Source: Candidatus Micrarchaeota archaeon
Lineage (GTDB): Archaea; Micrarchaeota; Micrarchaeia; Anstonellales; Anstonellaceae
Length of the DNA stretch: 33,867 nt
NCBI GenBank assembly: GCA_043810635.1
Contig: JBDRNY010000067.1
Coordinates: 1-33,867 of the forward strand
Direction: 5' to 3'
Part shown: positions 1-8,116 of the stretch, one piece after another
Position numbering within the stretch: position 1 is the first letter of the stretch
Layout of the letters: every line of letters begins with the position of its first letter
Notes under the pieces: generated by a model
The model's database searches: none
Told to the model about the DNA's origin: nothing
The model's input: the letters and a program-made list of their open reading frames with translations, nothing else
Position numbers and translations under genes: made by a program

Positions 1-990
1 AATAGCCCACAGGGTTGAGAAAGCAATTTGGAGATATGTAAAATTAAAAAAGCAAGGCAAGAAAGCAGGCTTTCCGCGCTTCAAATCAATTGATAGAATG
101 AAAAGCCTTTATTACCCGCAGGCAGGCTTTTCTCTTGATAAAAAATTAAAAACCAATCCATTCGGAGAAATCCAAATAGTCAGGCACAGGCAGATAAAAG
201 GCAGAATAAAAACCCTCACTTTAAAGAGAGAGCTCTCAGGCAAATGGTTTGCCTGTTTCTCTGTTGAGGAAGAAAAGCAAATTCAAAAAACAAACAAGGG
301 AGGGAGAGTAGGAATTGATTTGGGATTGAAAAATTTTGCAACTTTATCAAACAGAATAAAAATAGAAAATCCAAGGCATCTAAAAAAGCATGAAAATAGA
401 TTGGCATTCTTACAGCGAAAACTTTCCAAAAAAATCAGAGGAAGCGCGAACAGAAAGAAATCCAAAAAGAAAGTTGCCTTGCTACATGAGAAAGTGGCAA
501 ATACAAGAAGAGGCTTTCTGCATAATCTTTCTCATCACTTAGTCAATATTTATTCCTTTATAGCATTGGAAGAGCTTTCTTCCAAAAAAATGTCAGAAGA
601 GAACTATGGAAAGCAAATCCGTGATGCTGGATGGAATATGTTTGCAAGCATGCTGGCTTACAAAGCGGAAGAGGCTGGTTGCCAGATGGTGTTTGTAAAT
701 CCAAAAGATACTACAAAAGAATGCAGTGCTTGCGGCTCAATCCAAAATATGCCATTATCAGAGAGAACATATCATTGCCCAGTTTGCGGCATGCATGAGG
801 ATAGGGATTTGAACGCATCACTGAATATACTCAATAGAGCTACGGCAGGAATCACTCATCGGCTCTTTGGAGCCGATGGTGCACCAACGCCAACAGGCGT
901 TGGTTGTGCCGGAAGTAACGCCTGTGGAGATGAGAGAGCACTCTTGTCAGAGAAGCAGGAAGCCCACGCCTTCAGGCGTGGGTGATTCAC
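1..990 (+). mobile_element. IS200/IS605-family element, right part; right end at about 990
   Basis: tnpB followed by a subterminal hairpin CCCACGCC-TTCA-GGCGTGGG (963-982) and the terminal motif TTCAC (986-990). Confidence 0.8.
2..985 (+). CDS. tnpB: TnpB RNA-guided endonuclease (IS200/IS605 family), 5'-truncated by window edge
   Basis: Frame is open from base 2 (IAHRVEKAIWRY...KAGFPRFKS). RuvC-I GIDLG, RuvC-II ALEEL, CxxC...CxxC zinc finger and RuvC-III DRDLNA are present, with all three catalytic acids intact. Confidence 0.95.
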   Translation: MAHRVEKAIWRYVKLKKQGKKAGFPRFKSIDRMKSLYYPQAGFSLDKKLKTNPFGEIQIVRHRQIKGRIKTLTLKRELSGKWFACFSVEEEKQIQKTNKGGRVGIDLGLKNFATLSNRIKIENPRHLKKHENRLAFLQRKLSKKIRGSANRKKSKKKVALLHEKVANTRRGFLHNLSHHLVNIYSFIALEELSSKKMSEENYGKQIRDAGWNMFASMLAYKAEEAGCQMVFVNPKDTTKECSACGSIQNMPLSERTYHCPVCGMHEDRDLNASLNILNRATAGITHRLFGADGAPTPTGVGCAGSNACGDERALLSEKQEAHAFRRG

Positions 991-1010
991 ATGCTTATTT
1001 CAGCTTCTGT
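841..1010 (+). ncRNA. Predicted omega/reRNA of tnpB #1; guide about 991-1010 (ATGCTTATTTCAGCTTCTGT)
   Basis: TnpB guide RNAs are known to overlap the 3' end of tnpB and the right end. Hairpins seen at 857-878, 883-904 and 963-982. The 5' boundary is approximate. Confidence 0.6.
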
Positions 1011-1210
1011 AAGCGCTTAAGAATTTCCTTCGGCGCAAGAACCAATCCCCACGGCGTGTTTCAGGCGTTAAACACAGGTTTTTCCATTATTTTCCGGCAA
1101 AACAGATTGTTCTCACGGCGGAAGATATTCTTTTTTCGCGGCGTTTTTTTGCAAAAAACCGCGGCTATCCCGCTTTACGAATGCGATTTTTCGGGGTTGT
1201 TGGCAGATTT

Positions 1211-2164
1211 TTAAGGGCTTACCAGCTTCTTGAGAAGGTTTTTGTGCATGTCATCGGCCATTTTAGGCAAGTCATATTCATGGTTCCAATTCCAATCTTT
1301 TCTTGCAGCTGAATCATCAATTGTTTTTGGCCAGGAATCTGCTATTTTCTGCCTTTCATCCGGGGAAAAGGTGCATTCAAAATTCGGAATTTTCTTTTTC
1401 ACCTCTTCTGCCAATTCTTTTGCAGAAAATGAAATTGCCGCCAAATTATAGCTTGTGCGCACTGTCAAATTTTTACCTGGGGCGGCCATCAGCTCAACAA
1501 CAGAGCGCACTGCGTCGGGCATGTACATCATGGGCAAAACAGTATCTTCTTTTACAAAGCAGTTGTATTTTCCTTTTTGAATTGCATCATAAAATATTGC
1601 AACAGCATAATCTGTGGTGCCCCCTCCGGGAGGGGTTTTCCAGGAAAGAATGCCGGGAAAGCGCACGCTTCTTACATCCACCCCAAATTTTTCATAATAA
1701 TAATTGCACAGCAATTCGCCCGCAACTTTGCTTATGCCGTAAATTGTACTTGGCTCTAAAATCGTGCGCTGGGGGGTGTTTTCCCTTGGGGTGGTGGGGC
1801 CGAATGCTGCAATTGAAGAAGGCCAGAATACCCTTATTTGTTTCTCTTTTGCAATGTCCAGCACATGCTTCAGGCTTTCCATATTCACTTTCCATGCCAA
1901 ATCCGGCTTTTTTTCCCCTGCTGCTGAAAGTATTCCAACTAAGTGGTAAATTTCATTTACATTATTTTCATTTACAACTTTTTCCAATCCTTCCTTGTTT
2001 GTTGCATCCAATATTTCAAACGGGCCGTTTTTCAATTCAGGGGGAGGCTCGCGCAAATCAAGGGAAATAACATTTTCATTTCCATGCTTTTTCCTCAATT
2101 CGGGCACAAGCTCGCTCCCTATCTGCCCGCTTGCGCCAGTAACAAGAATTTTTTTCATAAACAT
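1211..2164 (-). CDS. tdh: L-threonine 3-dehydrogenase (extended SDR / NAD-dependent epimerase family)
   Basis: ILVTGASGQIG Rossmann motif, PSSIAAFG, YGISK (YxxxK), GGGTTDYAV, LPMMYMPD and RQKIADSWP, typical of SDR-type TDH. Start may be 2158. Confidence 0.88.
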   Translation of the reverse strand: MFMKKILVTGASGQIGSELVPELRKKHGNENVISLDLREPPPELKNGPFEILDATNKEGLEKVVNENNVNEIYHLVGILSAAGEKKPDLAWKVNMESLKHVLDIAKEKQIRVFWPSSIAAFGPTTPRENTPQRTILEPSTIYGISKVAGELLCNYYYEKFGVDVRSVRFPGILSWKTPPGGGTTDYAVAIFYDAIQKGKYNCFVKEDTVLPMMYMPDAVRSVVELMAAPGKNLTVRTSYNLAAISFSAKELAEEVKKKIPNFECTFSPDERQKIADSWPKTIDDSAARKDWNWNHEYDLPKMADDMHKNLLKKLVSP

Positions 2165-2250
2165 GACACCCTGCTGGAGAGTATCTGTATTTGAAACATA
2201 ATATATTTAAACTAAGGAAAAATCTGCCGGAATTTTTGGCAAATGACGAA

Positions 2251-3888
2251 CTATCTTGAAATTACAACGGAGGAAGAGGAGTTTAACAGCTTTTTTTCAA
2301 TGATTTTCTTTTCGCCTGCGTCCAGGTGGATCGTAAAATGATTGTAAATGTCCCCGATTATTGCATAAGTTTTTGGAATTTTTCCGCCTTTATCCCTTAA
2401 TTTTAGGTAGCCTTTAAGGGAAACAAGAAAATAACGGGTCATTTTATCGGGAGTCCATTCATTGTCCATATAATCTGATGCCATTTTTACATATACATCA
2501 AGCCCGTCCTTAAACCCGAATTCATATCCTATTGCCCTTGCAAAAAGATATTCTTCAACATATTTTGTTTTTGTTGGCATTGGCTTTTTATCTTCCAGGC
2601 GCATGCCTCTTGTCTGAATAGCCCGGAAATACAAATTTATCATGCAGCTTCTTAGACATGCCCTTTCGGTTGGATTGAAGCTATACTTGTCCATTGCAGT
2701 CTTTCCTTCAGATTTTAATTTCCCATCAATCTTTGCTTCAAACATGTGTGGATAATTGCTTTTGCTGAATAAATTTTTGGTTTCGCCGGATGGCTGGCTG
2801 GTTTTTGCAAAAATCGCCCCTGCAGTTACATTTGCATTTATTTTTTTCGGTGTTTTTTGGTTTTTTGCAAGGATAAATTTGGGTTTGATTTCATCATGCG
2901 TTGTTTTTTCCCAGGAAAGCACTGGTTTTCTTCCAAAAATTTTATCATGGGTGGATTCAAGTATTGCGACCTTTTTCAGGTATTCTTTCCCGTAATTTTT
3001 CCCTTTTTTCAGAATTTTTGCACTGGCATTTATATAATAAGTTGCAAAATCAGCTTTTTGCTCTGAATCAAGCGCATATTCCCCGGCTTTTCTCGGGTCT
3101 TCTTTTTTGTACCACAAATTTTTCTTTTTTATAGGATATCTCAGCTTCTTGATAATTTTTGTTTTTCCGTTTTTTTGCTTAATTTTTACATAAACAGTGT
3201 CGCTGTACATATAGGAATTTGTCCTCTCTGAATTTTTTCCCACTTCCCTTGACTCTCCGAGAGCTATCATATACTTCCTGATAAGGATAAGGGGGTATAG
3301 CATCATGTTTGTAACAGGGTCTAGAAGGTCCTTGTTTTCTGGAAAAATGGGCTTAACACCGATTACCGAGCAGAAATCATTGATAGATGCCCTCCCATAT
3401 CCGAAAACATCATCGCATGTGATGCCGTTTATTTGAAACAGCCCGAGGTCGGTGTATTTTGTATCCATATACTTTTTTACATAGCCCGCGCGTGGGTTAA
3501 ATTTACTCTCAAGCTCTATTAATGCGGTTAAATCCCGCCCGCTGAAATTCAAGGAATCTATTGATTTGTAATATTCTGTGGTAAGGGCATTTCCAACAAC
3601 GCAGAATGCAACCCACCTGTTTGATGAATTTCTTGAAAACTCAAGCTTTTTTTTCTTGATTATGCAGTGGAGGTCTGAATATATTTGAAGGAAATTTTTT
3701 GAGATTATTTTCAATGTGTCTTCTTTTGAATAGCCCAGCCGAGATAAGAGGTCGGACATCCGCGGGCCTTTGAGAACGTCTCCAAATGTAAATTCTGTGC
3801 CTGGAACTTTTAGCCGCCGAATTTTAGAATAATCAATTTTTCCTTCTGCCAATGCCTGCACAGACTTTTCAGCCATGTAAGGAATCAT
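2251..3888 (-). CDS. Protein with SLT / lytic transglycosylase (lysozyme-like) domain
   Basis: ALIELESKFNPRA (catalytic E-S motif), DLGLFQI, LLDPVTN and EYLKKV match the SLT motifs in order. Remainder unrecognised. Start may be 3876. Confidence 0.7.
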   Translation of the reverse strand: MIPYMAEKSVQALAEGKIDYSKIRRLKVPGTEFTFGDVLKGPRMSDLLSRLGYSKEDTLKIISKNFLQIYSDLHCIIKKKKLEFSRNSSNRWVAFCVVGNALTTEYYKSIDSLNFSGRDLTALIELESKFNPRAGYVKKYMDTKYTDLGLFQINGITCDDVFGYGRASINDFCSVIGVKPIFPENKDLLDPVTNMMLYPLILIRKYMIALGESREVGKNSERTNSYMYSDTVYVKIKQKNGKTKIIKKLRYPIKKKNLWYKKEDPRKAGEYALDSEQKADFATYYINASAKILKKGKNYGKEYLKKVAILESTHDKIFGRKPVLSWEKTTHDEIKPKFILAKNQKTPKKINANVTAGAIFAKTSQPSGETKNLFSKSNYPHMFEAKIDGKLKSEGKTAMDKYSFNPTERACLRSCMINLYFRAIQTRGMRLEDKKPMPTKTKYVEEYLFARAIGYEFGFKDGLDVYVKMASDYMDNEWTPDKMTRYFLVSLKGYLKLRDKGGKIPKTYAIIGDIYNHFTIHLDAGEKKIIEKKLLNSSSSVVISR

Positions 3889-3906
3889 TTTCCTGAATTT
3901 AAATAC

Positions 3907-5253
3907 TTACTTGCACGCCTTTTTCACTGTTTTTTCGATTTTCCTTAATTTTTCCTTTAATAATTTGCTGTTTTTTGCCTCAATTGTAATTCTTATATAT
4001 GGTTCTGTGCCTGAAGGGCGCACCATTACCCACCAATCACCAAAATCAGAGCGCATTCCGTCTATTTCAGAATATTCCCCGAATGGCCAGCTTTCTTTTA
4101 TTTTTTTCATCGCATTTTTCTTGTTTGTGCACGGAATTTTTGAGCGACACATTGGATATGTTTTCACTTCTTTTGCAAGAGAGGATAGTTTTCCTTTTTT
4201 GCAGAATAATTCCGCAAAATAAAGGCCTGCCATCAATCCGTCAGGCACTCCCACCCCTTCCTTGAATAAATATTCCCCGCAGGGCTCCCCTCCAAACAAT
4301 GCGTCCCTTTCCCTCATAACTTTTGCAACATTCAGGCTGCCTACAGGAGTTATGAGCAATTCCCCCCCGGAAGAGGAAACAATTTCACGGAGGGAGAGGG
4401 AGGATTCTACTGTTGAAACTATTTTTTTGTTAGAAGAATTTTCAAGCATATTTTTCACTGCAAGCGCAAGCTGCACATCAAGGCCGAGCATTTTCCCTTT
4501 TTCATCCAATATTATTGCCCTGTCAGCATCCCCGTCGTGTGCAATTCCCAAATCAGCATTTCTTTTCCTTACCTCATTTCCTAATTTTTCCAAACTTTTT
4601 TTTGTCGGCTCAAGCTCCCGGCCATAAGGCTCCCCGACTTGCCCGTTGATAACATGCACTTTGCACCCGGCTGTTTCAAGAGCTTGGGGCATAAGCGCGC
4701 ATGCTGAAAGGTTTGCGCAATCCAAAACTATTTTCGGCTTTTTTAAGTTTATTAAATTCAAATTTAATTTTGAAAAAAGCATTTTCAAATGGGTTTTTTT
4801 TGCATCCTCTCCCGCATTCCTGTCAATTTCCCCCGCATTTTCCCATTCAACAAAATTTAACTTTCTCTTGCCTTTCAAATATTTTTCAATTTCAGATTCA
4901 AATTCCATTTCATTTATTTTTGAGAGCTCATGCCCTTTATCAAACAATTTTATCCCGTTGTATTCCGCGGGGTTGTGGCTTGCAGTAATCATTGCCCCTT
5001 TGCAATCCTTTTTCTGAGAATATAAAGCGAGGGTGGGTGTGGAGCACAATCCGATGTCATAAACTTTTGCGCCTGCAGCGGCTGCGCCCGCGCTGAAAGA
5101 TGATTTTAGCATATGCCCGGTGCGCCTTCCGTCAAATCCCGCAGCAACAGCTTCCCCCCCGGCGCAAAAAATATTTCCAACCCCCAGCGCAAGAGAGGGG
5201 TTTACTTTGGAAGGGCACAAATCCCGAATTCCGCTGGTTCCAAACAAGCCCAT
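3907..5253 (-). CDS. glmM: Phosphoglucosamine mutase / phosphomannomutase (alpha-D-phosphohexomutase)
   Basis: LFGTSGIR, TASHNP (phospho-Ser), DGDADR metal loop, GGEPCG and VRPSGTEP. Substrate specificity uncertain. Confidence 0.85.
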   Translation of the reverse strand: MGLFGTSGIRDLCPSKVNPSLALGVGNIFCAGGEAVAAGFDGRRTGHMLKSSFSAGAAAAGAKVYDIGLCSTPTLALYSQKKDCKGAMITASHNPAEYNGIKLFDKGHELSKINEMEFESEIEKYLKGKRKLNFVEWENAGEIDRNAGEDAKKTHLKMLFSKLNLNLINLKKPKIVLDCANLSACALMPQALETAGCKVHVINGQVGEPYGRELEPTKKSLEKLGNEVRKRNADLGIAHDGDADRAIILDEKGKMLGLDVQLALAVKNMLENSSNKKIVSTVESSLSLREIVSSSGGELLITPVGSLNVAKVMRERDALFGGEPCGEYLFKEGVGVPDGLMAGLYFAELFCKKGKLSSLAKEVKTYPMCRSKIPCTNKKNAMKKIKESWPFGEYSEIDGMRSDFGDWWVMVRPSGTEPYIRITIEAKNSKLLKEKLRKIEKTVKKACK

Positions 5254-5351
5254 GGAAAACAAACAGAGGGGAGATATTTAATGCTTAACCAAAATTTGGG
5301 GAAAAACAATAATTTAATAACATTGCACCGGTTAAGGGGAAAAGTGAGTAA

Positions 5352-5816
5352 ATGGCATTAAAGGGGCAGGGAGCCGCAGAATATCTGGTATTGCTTGCAA
5401 TGGTACTTGTTGTTTCATTGATAGGTATTATTTTGCTTGGAGGGTTTGGAAGCGCTGGAGGGGACACTATGGATGCCCAATCAAAAACATATTGGAGCGG
5501 GGTTGCCTCTCCTTTCGCTGTTGTCGGGTGGATGCAGATGGGTGATACTATCTACCTGAAAATTGTCAATAGGGAACCGATTAGGCTTATTTTAACAAAC
5601 ATAACAATCGGAAATGCAAGCCCTGATTTGGGGGCGGGGTGGACAGTAGCCCCGAACGGGGAGAAAAATATATCAATAAGCGGGCTTGAGACATGCAATG
5701 AAACAAATTATGATTATTTCAGCTATAACCTTACATTCCATTATTCAACCGAGCATTTGACAGGCAAAATACAGAAAGGGGAAAGGCCGATTGCAGGAAG
5801 GTGCAGCTTCCAATAA
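5352..5816 (+). CDS. Archaeal type IV pilin-like protein (class III signal peptide)
   Basis: N-terminal LKG/QGAAEYL followed by a hydrophobic helix (+1 Q, +5 E). Confidence 0.85.
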   Translation: MALKGQGAAEYLVLLAMVLVVSLIGIILLGGFGSAGGDTMDAQSKTYWSGVASPFAVVGWMQMGDTIYLKIVNREPIRLILTNITIGNASPDLGAGWTVAPNGEKNISISGLETCNETNYDYFSYNLTFHYSTEHLTGKIQKGERPIAGRCSFQ

Positions 5817-5872
5817 AATTCTTATCTATTTTTCTGCTTGTTTTATATTGATTGTGCAGAATAATGTAAAAT

Positions 5873-6304
5873 ATGCAAGAGCATTCGGCAGGATTTGTAT
5901 TGTTTAGGCAGGTTGAAGAAAACAGGTATTTTCTTCTTATGCATTACAAGGCAGGGCATTGGGATTTTCCAAAAGGCCATGTTGAGGAAGGGGAGAGCGA
6001 AATAGAGGCGGCAAGAAGGGAGCTTGCAGAAGAGACGGGAATAGGCGAGGCGGAAGTGGTTGACGGATTTAAGTATGAATATGAATATGAATTTGGAAAT
6101 AGGAATGGAAAGCCAAAATCCAAAAAAGTTACATTTATGCTTGCAAAAACGCCCAAAAAAATAACAAGGCTTTCGCATGAGCATAAAGGGGCGAGGTGGG
6201 TGCCGTATAAGAGGGCGATGCAAATGCTTACTTTTGAAAATGCAAGAAAAATGCTGAAAGCAGGGGAAGAGCATCTGCAAAAAATAGAGAAAAACGAAAA
6301 ATAG
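5873..6304 (+). CDS. NUDIX hydrolase, bis(5'-nucleosyl)-tetraphosphatase (Ap4A hydrolase)-like
   Basis: HWDFPKGHVEEGESEIEAARRELAEETG NUDIX box and LSHEH motif. Confidence 0.9.
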   Translation: MQEHSAGFVLFRQVEENRYFLLMHYKAGHWDFPKGHVEEGESEIEAARRELAEETGIGEAEVVDGFKYEYEYEFGNRNGKPKSKKVTFMLAKTPKKITRLSHEHKGARWVPYKRAMQMLTFENARKMLKAGEEHLQKIEKNEK

Positions 6305-6379
6305 GCATTCGGCATATGGCGAAAGGTAAGAGATAGGTTTAAAAAAAGTGCCGACATTCGCTAAATCAGAGGTGCATTT

Positions 6380-6832
6380 ATGGACTTCGGAAAAATGCTG
6401 GACGCAGGAAAGCTGGCAATAATTGCCATTGTTGTTATACACATAGTGGCACTGGTGCTTGGCATTATCCCGCTTATAGGAATAATCGGGGGATTGCTTG
6501 GTTTGCTTGCATTCTTTGTGCTTAATCCAATATTGCTTGGATGGGCAGGATTTCAGGCGGCTAAGAAGGGCATGGACCTTGTCGGCGGAGCTGCAACAGG
6601 AGCGCTCGCAGGAGTGATAGCTGGTATTGTGAATGGCATAATAAGCATGGTATTTACAGTTGTCGGGCTTACAGCTCAGGGCGCAGTCACTGGCGGAGCT
6701 GAGGATGCTGTAATCGGCGGAGGAGTCGGCGTTGCAGTAGGCGTGGTCGGCATTATTATAAGCGCAGGCATATTCCTCGTAGGAGGAGCAATCTGCGGTG
6801 CCATCGGAGCATTTATCGGAAAGAAGAAATAA
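6380..6832 (+). CDS. Gly-rich multi-pass membrane protein
   Basis: GAGGTG RBS, about 4 hydrophobic GxxxG-rich helices, basic C-terminus. Confidence 0.8.
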   Translation: MDFGKMLDAGKLAIIAIVVIHIVALVLGIIPLIGIIGGLLGLLAFFVLNPILLGWAGFQAAKKGMDLVGGAATGALAGVIAGIVNGIISMVFTVVGLTAQGAVTGGAEDAVIGGGVGVAVGVVGIIISAGIFLVGGAICGAIGAFIGKKK

Positions 6833-6834
6833 AA

Positions 6835-6905
6835 TTTCTTTTTATTTTCTTTTTTTCTTTCTCTTTGCCTATTTCAATACTCTTAATTTTTTATTTTTCT
6901 TCTTA
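6835..6905 (+). terminator. T-rich archaeal terminator region
   Basis: Several oligo-T tracts directly after the stop of 6380-6832. Confidence 0.55.
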
Positions 6906-6922
6906 ATTTAACCCTTGCAAAG

Positions 6923-6971
6923 CAGTGGAAAGTTACCCCTTCCAATATTTAAAAAGCACAGAATTCGCCTT
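6923..6971 (+). repeat. 49-bp direct repeat copy 1 (TGGAA-N9-TTCCA box plus TATA)
   Basis: CAGTGGAAAGTTACCCCTTCCAATATTTAAAAAGCACAGAATTCGCCTT; 42/49 identical to 7695-7743. Confidence 0.9.
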
Positions 6972-7000
6972 ATTTTTAGGAAAAAGTGAAAAAGCAAATG

Positions 7001-7039
7001 TTTATATTTATCAGTTGATTAATTAATCAGTTGATTAAT
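7001..7039 (+). promoter_or_regulatory. TATA box and tandem operator of the wHTH/RelE-like pair
   Basis: TTTATA at 7001. ATCAGTTGATTAAT occurs twice (7010-7023, 7026-7039). Perfect palindrome TGATTAATTAATCA at 7016-7029. Confidence 0.7.
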
Positions 7040-7333
7040 ATGGTAAACCCCCAAAAAATCCCGAAATTTAAGCCAAGGAATTTGGACAGATATCCGAGAT
7101 TGGATACCGTGCTCATGGTGGAGAGGGCACTCTTCAAATACAAGAGCGACAAGACGATAACGCATATTTGGAAGAAGCTGCCGAAAAAAGTGCTGTGGAC
7201 CACTTACACCACCATACTGGATTATTTGGAATATTCGGGCAAAATTCTTATTGAAAAAGACAAGACGGTTACATGGTTGTGGGATCCTGAAGGGATACGC
7301 AGGCTTAAGGAAAAAGGATTAGTGGTGGCGTGA
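7040..7333 (+). CDS. Small winged-HTH-like protein, putative antitoxin/autoregulator
   Basis: TITHIWKKLPKKVLWTTYTTILDYLEYSGKI plus a beta-wing pattern. 4-bp GTGA overlap with the next gene. Confidence 0.7.
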   Translation: MVNPQKIPKFKPRNLDRYPRLDTVLMVERALFKYKSDKTITHIWKKLPKKVLWTTYTTILDYLEYSGKILIEKDKTVTWLWDPEGIRRLKEKGLVVA

Positions 7334-7683
7334 ATAAGAAGGAACGTATCAAAAGTGTGGGTTTTGTAGACCAAGAGCTTAAGGATGCATATGAGCAGCT
7401 TAAGGCAGGCAGAACCGAAGATAGGTGGCTGGCAGGGAATATCAACAAAGCGATTGAAGCGCTAAAAGAAAATCCAATGGCGGGAGTGATTGTACCACGC
7501 AAACTTTGGCCCAAATTATATATTCAAAAATATAAAATCAACAATTTGCGCAAATATGACTTGCCCGATGGGTGGCGCCTGACCTATACTCTCAAAGGCA
7601 ACGAAATCGAGATTGTTTCTGTAATATTGGAATGGCTGAGCCACAAGCAGTATGAAAAAAGGTTTGGATATAAGGTTGGATAA
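7330..7683 (+). CDS. RelE/ParE-superfamily-like toxin
   Basis: INKAIEALKENPMAG...LRKYDLPDGWRLTYTL...VILEWLSHKQYEK resembles the RelE fold (LxxNP, RLxY, terminal H..Y). Confidence 0.7.
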   Translation: MNKKERIKSVGFVDQELKDAYEQLKAGRTEDRWLAGNINKAIEALKENPMAGVIVPRKLWPKLYIQKYKINNLRKYDLPDGWRLTYTLKGNEIEIVSVILEWLSHKQYEKRFGYKVG

Positions 7684-7694
7684 ATAGGCAGAAT

Positions 7695-7743
7695 CAGTGG
7701 AAACCTACCCCTTCCTGCATTTAAAAAGCACAGGCTTCGCCTT
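7695..7743 (+). repeat. 49-bp direct repeat copy 2; likely promoter of the DUF736-like gene and radA
   Basis: CAGTGGAAACCTACCCCTTCCTGCATTTAAAAAGCACAGGCTTCGCCTT, with TTTAAAAA at 7720-7727. Confidence 0.9.
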
Positions 7744-7774
7744 CTCTTTTGCCGAATAGGTGAAGGTGTGGAAA

Positions 7775-8005
7775 ATGGATGAAAAATTAAATATTGAGGA
7801 TGAGCCTGCAAACGAGCTTCCGAAGCAGCAGCCAGAATTTAAGGTGGTGCAGCCGGAGTATGATGTGCGGGAGGAAAAGACGATATTCAAAAATGTGGGA
7901 GCGATTTGGAAAAATGTTTCCCAAAAAACTGGAAAGGAATTTTATACCCTTAAAATTGGAAAAATGAGGCTGCTTGTATTTCCGAATGAAAAAAGGGAGG
8001 GGTAG
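7775..8005 (+). CDS. Small DUF736-like protein (possible ssDNA-binding protein)
   Basis: AGGTG RBS. PEFKVV...VGAIWKNVSQKTGKEFYTLKI...LLVFPN resembles the DUF736 pattern PDYRV...IGAAWK.TS..G..Y.S.KL. Confidence 0.65.
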   Translation: MDEKLNIEDEPANELPKQQPEFKVVQPEYDVREEKTIFKNVGAIWKNVSQKTGKEFYTLKIGKMRLLVFPNEKREG

Positions 8006-8116
8006 GCAGAAAAAAAGCATGGGCGGTGAGAAGAAAGCTATGGTATGGGGGGAAGCGAGAAGCAATTGCGAGCGGGAATGAGTGGGGGAAGGATAATAAT
8101 TATGAGGTGAGTGATA

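Noticed and set aside
1303..2070. 255-aa plus-strand ORF and the many other antisense ORFs in the track (for example 27115-27795, 29362-29877)
   Set aside because: They are shadows of well-supported genes on the opposite strand, with no motifs or RBS.
1202..2228. 11-bp inverted repeats (GGCAGATTTTT / AAAAATCTGCC) flanking tdh
   Set aside because: Short and partly homopolymeric, with no target duplication or transposase; likely chance.
8019..8081. 20-codon uORF in the gap before radA
   Set aside because: No RBS or recognisable motif; purine-rich sequence is depleted of stop codons by chance.
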